Below, one piece after another: positions 10,601 through 24,200 of a DNA stretch of 58,927 nt (its first letter is position 1; every line of letters begins with the position of its first letter). Below the pieces are notes generated by a model. That model was given only the letters and a program-made list of their open reading frames with translations. It was not told where the DNA came from and did not search any database. A program made the translations under genes and the position numbers. The stretch is from Catajapyx aquilonaris (taxonomy: Eukaryota). The DNA lies in contig KZ538613.1 in the NCBI GenBank assembly GCA_000934665.2, forward strand, positions 1 to 58,927, in the 5' to 3' direction.

Positions 10601-12238
10601 TGTAATTTAATATGAGACGTATGGGAATGGAATGTGATTTTTTTTTTTTTTGAGTGAATATGTAATGAACTATTATGACCAATTGGGCTGCTCAACTTGG
10701 GTCGGTTTTAGTACGAGTCGGGTCTACTACCTTTTTGCGGTGGGCACAGCTCGGGGAAGCGTCGATGCTGTTACATAGTGCATGTCGCACCGGCATCAGC
10801 GCGACCGCTAAGCAGAAAACATCCGGTTAATTTTACATGTGGCTCGAATGCAATGCGGGGTAGTCCAGGCTTTTGCAAAAGCCCAAATGGCTCGGACCAA
10901 GACAAGGCGGCGGCCGAAAAGTTAGGTTGTGTCAGGTTACGTTCGTTTCAACCTTGGCTTGTACTGTAACCTTTTTTTTTCTCCAGCTGGCAAGGCCGCG
11001 GCGGGATGGAATGGGCTATGAACTCGGGCCTGATGCATGTCTTATTACCGCATTATGGGGAAATCCTAGGAAAAGCCGAAATTCCAGGAGTTAATGGAAA
11101 TCGAGCCGGAGGGCAGGAGGAACAAGTACAGGAACCCAAGTTATAGCTTCCGTTTTTATTTTATTTTTCGTCTTTTTTTTTTGTCTTCCGGCCACCTTCC
11201 CGTGACAGAAAATAATTTTACGAGGTCCTGGAGTGTACTTGGATCTTGCGTTATTTTCCTAACTGCGTCGTAACTCGGTAATGTCATGTTGTAGGACGGA
11301 TTCACCTTCGAAGAGCGCGTAATGAGCTCTTCATTTACTAAGCTAAGATGTTTATTAAGCCTGGCAATACTTCCGGACGCGGGGATTAATTTGGAAAGGA
11401 AGTGGTCCAAATTGAGAAGAGAGTCGTCGTAAAAGACGAGGTTCGTTGGGTATGCATGGGGCGTAAGGCAGGTGCCGGGGGTCCATGGCCGGGGATGTTA
11501 TGATTAGAGGGGGTTTGGCAATATTGTGGCCGAAGTCTGGTTGATAGGAAATATTATGTTGCGTTTAACTGTCTATTGTGCAACCGACTATTATGCCATG
11601 TGGTATTGTTTCGCGGATTGTAAGTAATAAGACACTTGAGCAATTGTTTGAGTACCGGTTTTATAATGAAGAACAACTTGTTTCTAATTTGCTTGTAATC
11701 ACGCAACTATAAAGGCCCGAAAGTGCCACAATGTTAACCTCGCTGCAGATGATCTGACTTTGCACATGCGGTAAATTTTTTTATATTCGAGTAACTTGGC
11801 AAGTGACCAGATATAGTGCGAGTAACTTGTCTCATAAGTCATAACTAACGAGCACTGAATAACTAATTATACTTCTAGCTGTTTAAAAGTAATTACTCCA
11901 ATTTCGAGGTTAGCAGCATTGTCTACAATATATTCGGGGTTTTCACTTTTCCAGGCGACTGTGACGCACCATTATCAGCGGATATCTTAATGGCCAAGTA
12001 CACGAGGCTTTCTACATATTTCATGCACTGTAATTACAATTTAGTCTTTTATTTATCATAAGTGTTTTTCACGTTTCATAACATGTCACTTTTAACTGAC
12101 AACCAGGTAGACTTTTTGAAGCAAGGAAAGTTACCAATATGATTATTATCATAAGTGGAACATTTTTGAAAGGTAAATGAAGCGTAATCATGCATTAAAT
12201 TGCCTTTTTTATTATCACCAAAAACATGTTTTCAAAAC

Positions 12239-13882
12239 TTATGGTCCGGGTTTCTTGCGTAATCCGGTGTCCACCTTTGCTGGTATATTCTGAAACCTGG
12301 AAATCAACGGCAAAGTGTCATTTGAAGTGACAATTACAATCAAAACTGCTGCGTGTGCACCTATCCACTACTTAATCATAAACAACTGCGACTCACTTTT
12401 TCATTTTAAAAGGTGGCTTCGGCTCGGGCTTAGGCACCATGTGCGACGCCCGTTCTATGACTAATTTGGCCGGCGGTTTTGGCGTTGGGTAGGCACTCTT
12501 GAGCCACTTTTCCCTCTGTTCGAACCACATTTGTTGGTATCCCATGGCCAGAAGCAAGAACATATCGGGTTCCTCCTGGTTTTTTAACGAGTTATTATTG
12601 TGGGTATACGTATCACGTGGGTATACGTATCACGTGGGTATACGTATCACGTATACGAAATACACTTACGTTTATGTATGACGGGGTGAAAGGCCATGGA
12701 AAGCTTCCAGCTTGCTTCGGCGGTACCTTGGTCTTGCTCTCTTCGATCCTGATAGTGCTGACCTGCAAGTTACCATTGTGAGTTACCACCTGCTTGCCTC
12801 AATACAACAATATGAGTTTTACCTGCAGTATATTTTTTTCCTGCGGGTTTATGCACTTGCACAACTTCTTGTTTCCAGCAGGTCTTGCTCCTTGACGTAA
12901 AGCGCCATCACGTTTACCTTGATCACGGGGCATACTTCTGTAAAACTCACTCGTAACACTGATGCTTCTAAACGGACACCGCGTTATGAACCGAGTAAAC
13001 AAACAGTCGCCTAGAGATGAGATGTACACCTGAGTGACAACCCAGCAATACCAATAATAAACGCTACATTTGGCGCTTGTTTATATAAACATTATCACAT
13101 GCTACTTGCACATGCGCAGTCCACCGGCGTACTAACCGCTGAGTTAGTTAACCCTGGTGTCCATTCGCAGACAAAGGACCGGTTCGATGCGAAATCTCCC
13201 TCCAGGGGGTGCGCGGTAAAAAAAATAAAGTTTTTTTTTTCCATGCGAACCATTGTTTCCGCCCGTTGATTAACCCTTGAGCCAGAGTCGATCACTCTGA
13301 GAAAACACTACCGATGAAAGAGGGTAGCCACAGGTAGGATCAATCATTACCTGCAGGTCCGTTGCACTTTTGTCCTGTAATCCACGGGGCCTCGTGTCTT
13401 CCACCCGGGTCCGGACCCGGTTTGAAACGTGGAACCAGAACTCAGGGCGTTATTGATCTGGCTAAAAACAGGGGAGGTGGAAGGCTGGGTTGGAGGGGGT
13501 TCCAGGAAGCGTCGGTCGTTGGAGGTGTTGGGGGGGGGGGGTTGGCAGGGAGGATGGGGCCGTTTTAGTGATGATAACCTGGGGTGGGTGGGGATGTCTT
13601 CTTCAGAGCTGATGTGACCCAATGTGTCTCAAAGATGCGGGGGCTGACGACCTGTATGTAAATGACGTGGGTTGGTCCGGCGAATGCAAGCAAAGCCAGT
13701 GTCTCCTTTCGCCATTTGGATCTAGGCGGGCAAGGCCTCTCGAAACAATCCTGCATTTCAGCTCACGTTCCATGAGAGTTTGGAAGTTTCCTTGCGCGTT
13801 CCCTGCAGCCTAATAACAGGATCCGAGAGGCCCTGGCTTTTCCAGATTCGCAGGTCGCTACCAGATCCGCTTCACTGCCTAT
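12239..13882 (-). CDS. CFAP77: Nested antisense multi-exon gene, CFAP77-like (cilia- and flagella-associated microtubule inner protein); 5' start unresolved
   Basis: Six GT-AG exons keep one frame: 13767-13882, 13351-13461, 12823-12937, 12670-12762, 12397-12575, 12239-12296 (introns 305, 413, 60, 94, 100 nt). Product: IGSEADL...LLGCRERARKLPNSHG...PVDY...SMPRD...STIRIEE...PDMFLLLAMGYQQMWFEQ...KPPFKMKKFQNIPAKVDTGLRKKPGP*. The motifs LG.RER...LP, IRI, F.LL...YQ..W and F.M..F.....DT occur in the order I recall for CFAP77. AATAAA lies at 12213-12208. The last four exons are more secure than the first two. Confidence 0.62.
12600..12657. repeat. Minisatellite, 3 perfect copies of the 17-mer GTGGGTATACGTATCAC plus a partial copy
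   Basis: Units at 12600-12616, 12617-12633 and 12634-12650, inside the 94-nt intron of the CFAP77-like gene. Confidence 0.95.
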
Positions 13883-16800
13883 CTGCAAGTAGGAGAACAA
13901 ATTGTACGATTTTGGATGATATCTGTACCAACGTACGTATGTATACACACACACACGCAAAAAAAGAGGTCGACCTTGACACTTGGGGGATGTGATGAAG
14001 CGTTCCAGCGAGCGTCTGGGTGATGGGTGGCATGGTGTGGGTGGGGTGTGGCGAGGAGGGTGCACAATAAAGGCAGGCCGGCAAGAAGATCGGTGGACGG
14101 AATGGCGCCGACTGATACACCCCTGATCCAACCGGCTCCTAATGAGGGCATTACGTTCCGCTGGAGATGCTCAAAGAGACCTCCAGGAAGAGGTTCGGAA
14201 GCTCATTCCATACAATAACCAGGAGGCCGAGATAAGGAGTAAGCTGGTTTCCTCGATTGATTTACAAGTTGCATCTCACATGTCTCTTAGCCAGCTTCTG
14301 GGAGAATGTGAGATCAGCTTCCGCTTCTCATTTACATGCCCGGACTTCTGGCACACTTGAAGGCGCACACCGGGAACAACATGGCGGCGTCTGCCAGATA
14401 TGTAGTACTATTGGAAACAACCGAGGAGATGCACTAGCCAACAGTTGGTCTGAAATGGGGGAAATGCCTTAATTCCTTGTTCTATTTGGGGGGGGGGGGG
14501 GTGTGCCGTACAAAGAGGCTGGAGACGTCTTCGGTTGAGTAGTGCGCACCGAGAATTCCATGCAGCGGGAAGCAATCACTTGAAAGCTCGCTTCCTGCCC
14601 GAGACATTTCATTACGTGGCGGAAAATATTTGTCCGCAGTAAGCCGTGACTGTGCCTGGGCTGGGAAGGATGCACCGCCATTGTGAGCGGGGGCATAAGC
14701 AAGTGAATTACCTGGTACGTGGCACAGGAAGAAATCCTTACGTAAAGAAGAGTTTCCGCGGGATAAAAAGATGGATGGGGTTTGTGCTTCTTATATGATA
14801 TCCTGCGTAATAATATGGGGAGGTTGCGAAATTAATCAGATTTAGATGTTCGGACGTGTGCGGATAAAGGCCAATTCGGCGAAAAGTCACTCGGCGAAAC
14901 GGAGACCGATGGATGGTGTGGGTGGGGAATTCGATCCCTTAGCCGTTTCCTTTTTTTTTTTTTTCGTTTTTCGTTTTTTTTCTGTCATGGGCGGGGTAAC
15001 CCTGGCAACCCTCTTGGTGGACGTCTTCGGCTGGCTCTTTTTCTCCCCCCGTTCCTTTCTTCCCTCGTTCTCCTTTTCTTCCTCGCCCTCTGGTCCGACG
15101 AATTCACCCAGAGGGGAGTCTTTAGAGATACAGTCTGGCTGTTGGTTGTTCAGGGACGTTTTTTTTTTTATTTTTAAAAAAATTTGTCGTGACGTGGATG
15201 CCAGGTGCGCGTAAGACGGTACCGAGCATTGCGCCTCCAAATATTCGAGTGCAGACAATGGAGGCTGGGGGACATGTCGCCGACGGGATTCTTTGTGTGC
15301 ATTGTCCCTCCGCATTTGGGCTTATCGCGTTGCATGTATGAAATACTCAAGGTTTCGCAGATGGGGATTCTTCAACGTCATTGTTGTGGGTGTCGACATT
15401 TTTTTTCCCAAAGCGGCTTAGAGCGAAATATTATTCAGCCTGTTTGATTAATCGGACGTAAGTGAATAAGCCGGCCATTTTATTTGAGGGTGAAGGTACC
15501 CCCTGTGCCGAATCAATGGGGGCGCAATCTTGCGAAAATGTCCCTTGCTTTATTCATTGATCTGCGCAATCAGTGCGAGCCCGTGTTTGCCCGCCCCACT
15601 CCAAGTGGAGTGATGCTGTAAAACGGTACCGGTATGAGTGGCCATGAATGTACAGGTAGCCCCCCCACCCATCCCTCCCTACCCCCCACCCATCCTAACA
15701 CCCTCCCACTTGTCCTGGGCTGGCTGCCACACACCTCGGCATGCGGGAATCATAATATAACTCAACCACCCGCACCCAGTCGACACCCCCCCACAACCTC
15801 TTTTATTCTCGACGGGGAGTGGAAATTGCGTGTCAGCCTAGGATTTTCTCCCACGGCAAAATGACTGCATTTCCGCGGCAATTCAGTTGGGGGGTATCGG
15901 GGGGGGAGGGGGGGTTGCCTGGGATGCATGTTGGCTGGGTGTGGGCCTGTGGGGATGAAGAGGTGGGTGTATGTGATGAGGTGCATGGGAACGTGGCCAG
16001 TTTCGAACTAATGCAAGGGCGCAAAATTTTTGGAGTTTGTCTTAGCCCCTGATATTTTTCAATGCTGATGTATGTGTAATATTGACATAATTTGGGTAGG
16101 GGAGGGGGGGGGGAGCACCAATCTAATTGAATTCCGCTTCAATTTGCTGGTGAAAGGGATTAAAATCATAATTGCTGCATACATGCGTAGGACTCGCAGC
16201 CCCACCCCCGCATGCACCCCCTTCAGCATGGCAAACAACATTGGTGGGGTAGCGGCGCGTGTTTCCTGGCCGCTGCCATCAATTCTGAAAATGTAACCGC
16301 CAGCTCCGATAACCGATTTTACCAATTACAATTATGGGGGAGACGTGTCGATCCGTTTCTGTTTGGCGGGGACTGGTTGAATGGGTCACCCTGTAGTTTT
16401 AGGCTAGATTTGTCATGATAATGATCGAGTAGGCTCGAGTCAACATGCGCCTCTTTTCAACGTTGCGTGCAGCGAGCGAAGAACCTGAATGAAAACGTTG
16501 CTCCAGGTATGGATTTATGAGGCTCCTGGGGTCATATGTGTCATTATGAAATCGATCCACTGTGCATACACTGTGCGTATGCGTGTGCGTATAGGTATCT
16601 CTACAGGTGAGATGTGGCTCTCTTGTCAGCCGTACACTTAAAACGTATCGTTTGGGGGTAAATATAAACACGTAAAATAAATAAATGGCACAGAAGCGGT
16701 CCTTAGTCCTTTTTCATCCTTTGTGATCCTCCCATCGATCCTTGCTGATCCCATACAACAGCGAATGAGATCCCCAGGCTCGCGTGCGTTGAACCAGCGC

Positions 16801-19800
16801 CAGAACTTCCGCGAAATGTGAGGTTAATTCTGGGTCACCCGGTACAGGCCGAATTTTTGTGCCCTATTCGCACTTATTTGACAGCAAGTGGCAAACACTA
16901 GCGCCCTACTCACCCGTTCTCTTCCGCCTAATTCCCGAAGAAGCCCGTAGTTTGAGGGAAAAAAGGAAGGACAGATCCAATTTATTTTTATGGCGGATTA
17001 TAGGAAGGCTAGGGGAAGTGTGATGGCGTGATCGGAGGTGGGGATGGGCCTGGGGATGGGATTGCTGGCTCTGGTTTAGTCAGTGATTGTGTGACACCCG
17101 GTGGACGTACATGCCGAGAATATAGATTTGCAATGGATTAAAAAAAATGTGGACGAAATTAGCACAAATTGCCTCATGTAAATAATATCTTGCAGTTCTA
17201 AGGGTTTCCCGACTGTTAACTTCTGAGCGGTTGATTTGATTTAACGGAAGTTTTGTAATCGAAACGAGCCTGCGTTTTTATACCGCGAGACGTTTTGTAC
17301 GCAGTCTCGTGGCAAATGTATGAATCACGTTTTTCCACTCGGGTTGATAGGCGCGACGAAAGGATGTGACGTCAGATCATCCACTTGTTTCGAAATAGGA
17401 GACTTCTGGGTTGGAAAACTTGATTTAATAGCCTCGATTATTTTGGGTGCCTCGCTGCTACCAGGAAGTTTGTGGGAAATTGAAGGAGGGAGAGTGAATG
17501 TGAAGGTTTGTAGGCGGCGGATATTATCTTCTGGCGGTAATGAGATTGCGCAGTATTACTTTGCACGTGTAAATTAGAGCTGGCGTGGTTCACTGCTCGG
17601 GGTGCTGGTGTGTTCACAAGCGAGCGAGAATTTTGGGCGATTTTTAGCGAGAAAATGTATCCGCACTTAGGCCGAGCCTGTACCGGAATAGGGAACACCT
17701 TATTTGAGTGGCATAATTTGGTTACCTACAGCGTGAGTATTCCCGACAGCTGTTAGTCCGACCGGAGTTGTTGCGTGAGAGCACTTGATAATTATTGCTC
17801 CTGATCTTTGGTTTACGTTGCAATAATGACTCTCGAGAGCGCTCTTCGCCGTTTCGTGACTTCCCGCTCTTCATCCGAAATTATGTTTGGGGCCCGAGCA
17901 TGACGGAGACCACGAGTGCGGCAAAAAGCCAATTCCAGCCACCCACACGAATTTTTGTGCGAACTGTAATGCACAATTGTCGGATTTTTGCAAATGATGG
18001 GAGTACAGTAGCCTAAACCTTACCGTTGGTTCGTCCCAGTGGTTTTTCTTTTCTGGTTCCGGAGGAAAAGTTGGCAGCCTGTGAGCGCTGGAGCATCCAG
18101 TTGTGGACTTTGGGCCCCCCCGGGCGATGGAATCCTGCCGGACAGGAACGAGATTGTGCATGGCTGTCTCTCGGGAGGTTACTGTTCCATGAGCCGCCCC
18201 ATTCCATACGCACACGCCACTGTCATTTCCCCCCCGAACCTTTTTGTGGACGTGGCTTACGACCTCGTTTCAATTGGGCCATATGTGGGTACTGGTGTGT
18301 CTTTCTTTGGGTGGCATTAGTCCCAACTTATTGGGGCAAGTTCATCCGTCCAGCTGGTGAGACCGGATTAGGCACGTCATGGCGCTTCTGGCGAACCAGC
18401 CAGAAGAAATGAGTCAGTTCGCATGGCTAAGCACGTGGTTCATGTGCGGCCGAGATGGTTGCGATGCATACGAGAAAGTGGTTCCAGAGAGGGGGGTATA
18501 GAAGATGGCGAGGGATGCGCCTCGTCAGTTTTGCCGGGGTGGGTGGCTGGCGGCCATTGGAAATCGAAACGGGGCCGAGTCAGGCATGGTGGGAGTAGGG
18601 AGCGCAGGGGGAGAAGGTGCAATGAAATGCTGGAGCAACCCCTCCACCTCTCTCTCTCTCTCTAGACCCCAACACACGAAAATCCAGGGCACTCACCCTC
18701 CCATTCCCCCCCACCATCGATTTTAGGGGTAAGGCCTGGGTGGGGTTGTTGGCAAAGAGAAGGCAGGCGGTGGGGGATGGGGACTTGTGTAGGGGTAGCA
18801 GATGGAGGGAGGCAGGGAAGGGGAGTCGTCGCACTAGGGATCAACTAGCTCTTGTTCGACCGGACTCAGGGAACCTAAACGCATAGGGGTTAGAAATAAG
18901 TTGTACCCAAGAACTGGGATGAAAATGTATTGATATTAATTTGGGGGGTAGAAGTTTGGGGGGGTTGGGTTAGTGAGAGACATAAGGGCAGTTGGTCTCG
19001 GTGCCTGATTTTTTTTTGTAGTTCCGAAGCCAAGGCCAGTTGTAATCTGGCACCGCGGAGCTTTCGTGATAAGGGAACCTCCGCCGCGGCTGCGGGCCCG
19101 TAATCTGCCATGTGCTCTTATTGCTTCATGCAGCAGTGTTTTCTATTATCGGGTTTCGGTGTGACGAAATTCCGTCGATTGGATATGGATCAGGTTGATG
19201 TTTAATAATATTAGTTAATAAATATGAAGTGTGCAGTAATAATTCTAGGAAAACCCAAGTGTGGTTTGCATACTGGAGCGTAGCCGAAACCGCATAATAT
19301 TTTATCGACTGTAATTCTTAGCGAGACAGGTGTGGAAATGCACTGTGAGATTCGTGGGAGTGAATGCGTTTTTACGGAAATGGGGCATGTTTTTTTTTTT
19401 TTTTTTAATTATCGAATCGATTGTTTCCGAATTTAGCAGAATTTTCCCGCACATTTGCAGCGTTCCCACATATTTTAAACTTCGATTAGGCAAGAAGGGA
19501 GCCTTTAAAAAAAAAGAGAGGAACACGCACTAAGTTTACATGGCGAAAACAGTTGTAAAAACGGTGCGAGTCTGGCTTCGATGTGGAATCGACAGTCGTT
19601 AAAAGACAAAGGGAATTCCCCAGAAACGGCTAACTTTAGTCCCCACCCCCACCTTCTATCGAATCGACCTTGTGCCAGCTGCTTTGTGCCAAACTGGGTT
19701 TAGTGGCGAATATAGGAGGAGTAATTTATTAATGCGACGTCGGGGTGGGGGGGGGGGGTTTCTTTAGGCGAATGATATGAATGGCAACTGTTGAGGACAC

Positions 19801-21186
19801 CCACTCATTTGGACTGGGGAGGGAAATGACCTAGACCACTTTCGATTCTTCCCCACGATTTATTATAGTGTCTGCCGCTCAGCATACGTCTCATTCAGAA
19901 TACAGGGCGGGTCAAGTCCAGAAACAGGTTGCTTTGGAAAGCGAGGTGTGGTGACGATTTTACATGCGGGCAGCGGTTGTTATTACCCGGCATAATTGAC
20001 AGGAGAGCATGATCAAGGTTGTGCTTGATTTACTTCTGTCAGATGGATTTGTGATGCAGGCTTTGTGGAGCTTCTTTTAACGTCATTTTAGTGCGGATTA
20101 TAATGATTTGTCCCGGCTCAGTTCCAAACTGTATTAATCTAATAAATTAATAATATAATGAAGAAATAAGGTGACGAGCATGTTCAGATAATCACGCATA
20201 GGTGTGCTTATCAGCTGTAAGTAACAGTTCGATCTGGCCTCACCATGTCGCATTCCCGGAAACACTAACCAGATAGCATCAGCATGGTGCCCGCGATAAT
20301 GACATTGCAACCCACATGTTTCACACTGTACATATAATTACCTTTAAAAGTTCCGACAGTAATTTACATGACATGCGGACCATTCCTTTTTTGGGTGGGA
20401 GTAACTGATATGCAAGTGACATCGTACTGGTAGTAAGATCGTGTTGAACATGAAGTGGCGCAGAAACCTTACCGGAGCCATTGAGTGCATTTGAAGCGTG
20501 GAAGTTTTCCGAGAGGTCGTAGCAAAAGGGGGGGAAAAGGAAAGTTGAGCCTCAGTCCTCATAGACCGTAGCGCATTTCCCCTCGGCCGAGCCCTATAGG
20601 TTGTTACGAACCAGTTGAGACCACTTAATTGAATTCCAGTAGTGAGAGAAGAACAATACATGAATGCCTCTTTTCCTCTGAAGGGGGGACCAGGCTCTAC
20701 AAAGGTGAATGTAATTGTCCGGCAGTTGCAGTGGAGTAGCCGCTACAGGAACAAGTGAATCCGACGCGGAGGTGTGAGAGTGAAACGGCATAGTTCTTTC
20801 CAACGTTTGTTTGGCTTAGAGCGAAGATGGCGGCACCCACGTCGAACAGGGGTGCCAATAGCGGGGGTAGAAATTCTCGAAAGTTGTCTGTTTTGATTCC
20901 ATTGCTGGCGAGGTCGTGCCCTTCTTTCTCCCGAGATTGAGGTCTTGAGAGATGGCAACTGTGACCTCTTCTGGATGTTTTTACGCTTTCTGACCGCCAA
21001 CTCCCCACCCTGAATCTCGCGGCGAAGGCCTGTAGCCTTGCCTGCCGGGCGTCGTACCGGCCGTATATTAACGACATTTGACCGCTCCTCGTACGTTCAC
21101 GTAAAAAAAGTGGGGTGGGATGTCAGGTATAAACCCCAAAGTGCTTTATCACCATAACCAATGGCTCTTTTTTTGGTTTGTTACAG

Positions 21187-21237
21187 ATTCAACCTTCACG
21201 GCAGATACCACGTCCTGAATCGGCTCATGGGGAGAAC
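21187..21237 (+). other. Candidate 51-nt internal exon (host alternative exon or nested gene)
   Basis: Acceptor CTCTTTTTTTGGTTTGTTACAG| and donor AAC|GTAAGT. An upstream donor CAG|GTATAA at 21127 gives a 60-nt intron. Confidence 0.4.
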
Positions 21238-24200
21238 GTAAGTGATGGATTTCCTGCATATGCGATTAATGTGAGGTCCGAGCTTAGCATAAGCACGTGG
21301 GTGACGGCCGGTAAAGAAGAGCGCATTGTATGCGACTCGATCCTTATCGCATTTTCCGGGGCTCGTTCAGGAAGCATCTTACGCACATCACATTTGTCTT
21401 GCTGTCAGTCCCTTACAAACCAACCGAGTATTGGATAACAGATGGGTCATGTCCTCCGCGAGTTGTGTCGATCTCATCTGAAATAATACAGGGTGTTCCA
21501 GCTGCACCGAGTTGAAATTTGGTCCACGTCAGCCTTAAATTACTAGGGGGGTCCACGGCACTGCGCCAGTCCGTTCGAAGGATACCCATGCAATGATTCA
21601 CTGGCAAAGCGTATGTGTATGCACCCGGTTTCCCCTCACTGGAACCGGCCTTCCCCCCCCCCTATATACCCCCCTCTCTCACAAGTTGCGATCCATAATT
21701 CGCCTGGTGTTTGGCCAACGTCCAAGAGAATGCGAGTTGGCCAAGACTTGGGCGACTCAAGCCCCGCATTTTACACGTGAGATTCAAGGCTCCCCACAGC
21801 CGCGTCTTTGTAACGTGGCAACAAGGACAGCCGAGGGGGCTTATACTTAGCAGGGCCAATGCAACGCACCAGAATAGACGTAAATGCCCCCTACGCTCCC
21901 GAAACGTACGACTTCCGTTTGTTTTTTTTATTCATGTATTTAAAATGTATCCATGTCCGTATGCAAAAATAAATGTATTTTGCGGCCATACCGTTTGCAG
22001 CCGGCTTCCTGGCTGTTCGCGGCTCGCGCTCGCGAACCGCTTCCTTCCCCGCGAAACTTGCTCTCATTTTGGCGGGAGGCCTTTCACCTTTCCCGCGCAA
22101 TTGGGTCAGGTTTTGCGGCAGACTAGCTGCGCTTCCCGACCACCACTACGTATCTCCGTTATTTTCTACCTCGAGTCAAGGAGATATGGAGAGAGAGCTC
22201 GGAGTAATAGCGGGAGTTTTTGGACAGTGTCAAGGACGGTGTGACACGTGACGTATTGCGACAGAGATTATACGGAAGGTATAAGGACATTTATTTGCTG
22301 TGGCGGGGGTCGATATTGTGTACTGTTTGTTCGTAACGTAATGTGTATGTGAACAAGGACGGCAAATTGTTTATTCGAATGTCGATAGGAGCTGTTTTGG
22401 AAGCGTCAGGATCAAGGTCGGTCTATTTCCTCACATGTGGCGGCGGATTTACCGCATGGCAACGTCTCTCCCGGCGCGGCGGGGAGTTTATGACACACTT
22501 TTACGAGAGCATTAGCACGATGTTTTGATAATAATTATTCTACCTGTGGGGGTGTTTTGCACGTGATTTATAGGTGAGACTGATACGTTCGGTGCAATTG
22601 TATGACCTGAACCTGATTGAGACGGTAACAGACTCTAATGATAAATATTGCAGTTTGGATGACATAACAATTTATGGAGATAAACAAGCTGTGTACAGTA
22701 ATATTGTGTAATAATTTATTTCAATATACTGTACTCCGTGCTAATGAATTGCAATTTGGAATCACAAACACGGCATATCTTTTTCTGGCGTTATCAAAAA
22801 AAATAGTATAATTAGTACCACTCACGTTTAGGTACACACAAAAAATGCCAGACATGTTGTGCATTTTATGTATAAACACCAAGTGGCACGACTCGAATGC
22901 AAAGTGCGATATCAGACGTGTCGTTTCGAACCTTCCAGTCGCACGATAATGCGGATGTACCATAGGTCACACACGACCAATTTGAAAGACCCCCACTTGT
23001 GCCAAAACGGAGCTGTCACTATATAGGACAAGTCGCTGACGATTCGCCCCACTGATTTTTTTTTTCCCGCGCTGGTGCCATATTATTGCTTGGGTTGAAA
23101 TCAGTCGTGGTCGCCAGGCTCAATATGCGTAACCGGCTTTTTCGCAGGAAAATGCAAAATATATGCAAAAACTGGGGGGGTTCATAGGACGGGGGGAAAA
23201 AAAAATTCGGCTTTTTTTTTCTGACATGAGGATTGAAAGCGGACGCATTCGTGGGAGGTGAAATGTGCTACTCCTTGACGCCCCTCTTCCATCCTCCACT
23301 TTCATCCCCTTGTTGCTGTTCTCTCTCTTTTCCCCTCATGTATAATTCAACCTTAGCTCTGGCTGTAACTTCATAAGAGGAGTATTATTTATTTACCGGC
23401 CGACTGGAAGGAAGGGCCGGCCAGATTACCCAGTTGTATGTGGCTCAGTTGGAGACTGATTGACCATTATCCTGCACACGGTTTGTGCCGGACCATATCG
23501 ACAATGCGGACAATTTTGGAAATTGACAACAATATTTTCGACACAACAATATTCATGTGTAGTGTGCGAGATGTTCGTCCTTCGGTGTGAGCCAAGGTTG
23601 AGTCGATTAGGGACGGGTGAGCCTAGTTTGAAAACGTGACCCAGCCCATGTGACGTGTGGGGCACCTTGACCACAAATGGCCATTATTGAGCGGGGCTTG
23701 TGAGTCGAAGGTTGCCGGAAACACGTTTAGGGTCAGTATGTGTTTTCACGAATAATGTGCGTAGTATGGTGTGCCGAATTAGATGACGTTGGTTCGAACA
23801 TGATGGCGTCCAGATATAAACAACCTGAGTTTTATGTGGAGGAATCGTTTGAGCCAACTTTTTTCTTGTGGTTTTGGGTTCTCACATGTTCGTCCTAGTG
23901 ATTTTGGGTTTCATTTACGAGGCAATTCGACTGTATGAGCGTCACCGGCGATTTCGTTTGGGTGTTAGTGGCAGCAGATCGATGCAACGCGCTGCTGTAA
24001 ATAGGCCTGTTTAGCTGAACTAATAGCGGCTAATTGGGTTCGAGAGACATGTTAGGATGCCTATTAGTAACTCGTAAGTTTTTTTTTCCCCGAACAGCAT
24101 ATCAGGTGGTTGATTCTCTTTGTATTTAGGAGGGCTTATATTGATTGACGGCATTCATCTGGTCTGGGGAAGGGTTGTGTTTTGCATTGAATTCGTGTTT

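Noticed and set aside
12600..12657. CRISPR-like array
   Set aside because: Contiguous tandem units without spacers, in eukaryotic intronic context, and no cas genes.
13405..13420. 16-bp palindrome CCGGGTCCGGACCCGG
   Set aside because: About one is expected by chance in 59 kb; it lies within a predicted exon.
14142..14360. Plus-strand ORF MRALRSAGDAQRDLQEEVRKL... with donor-like GTAAGC
   Set aside because: No compatible downstream exon or family found.
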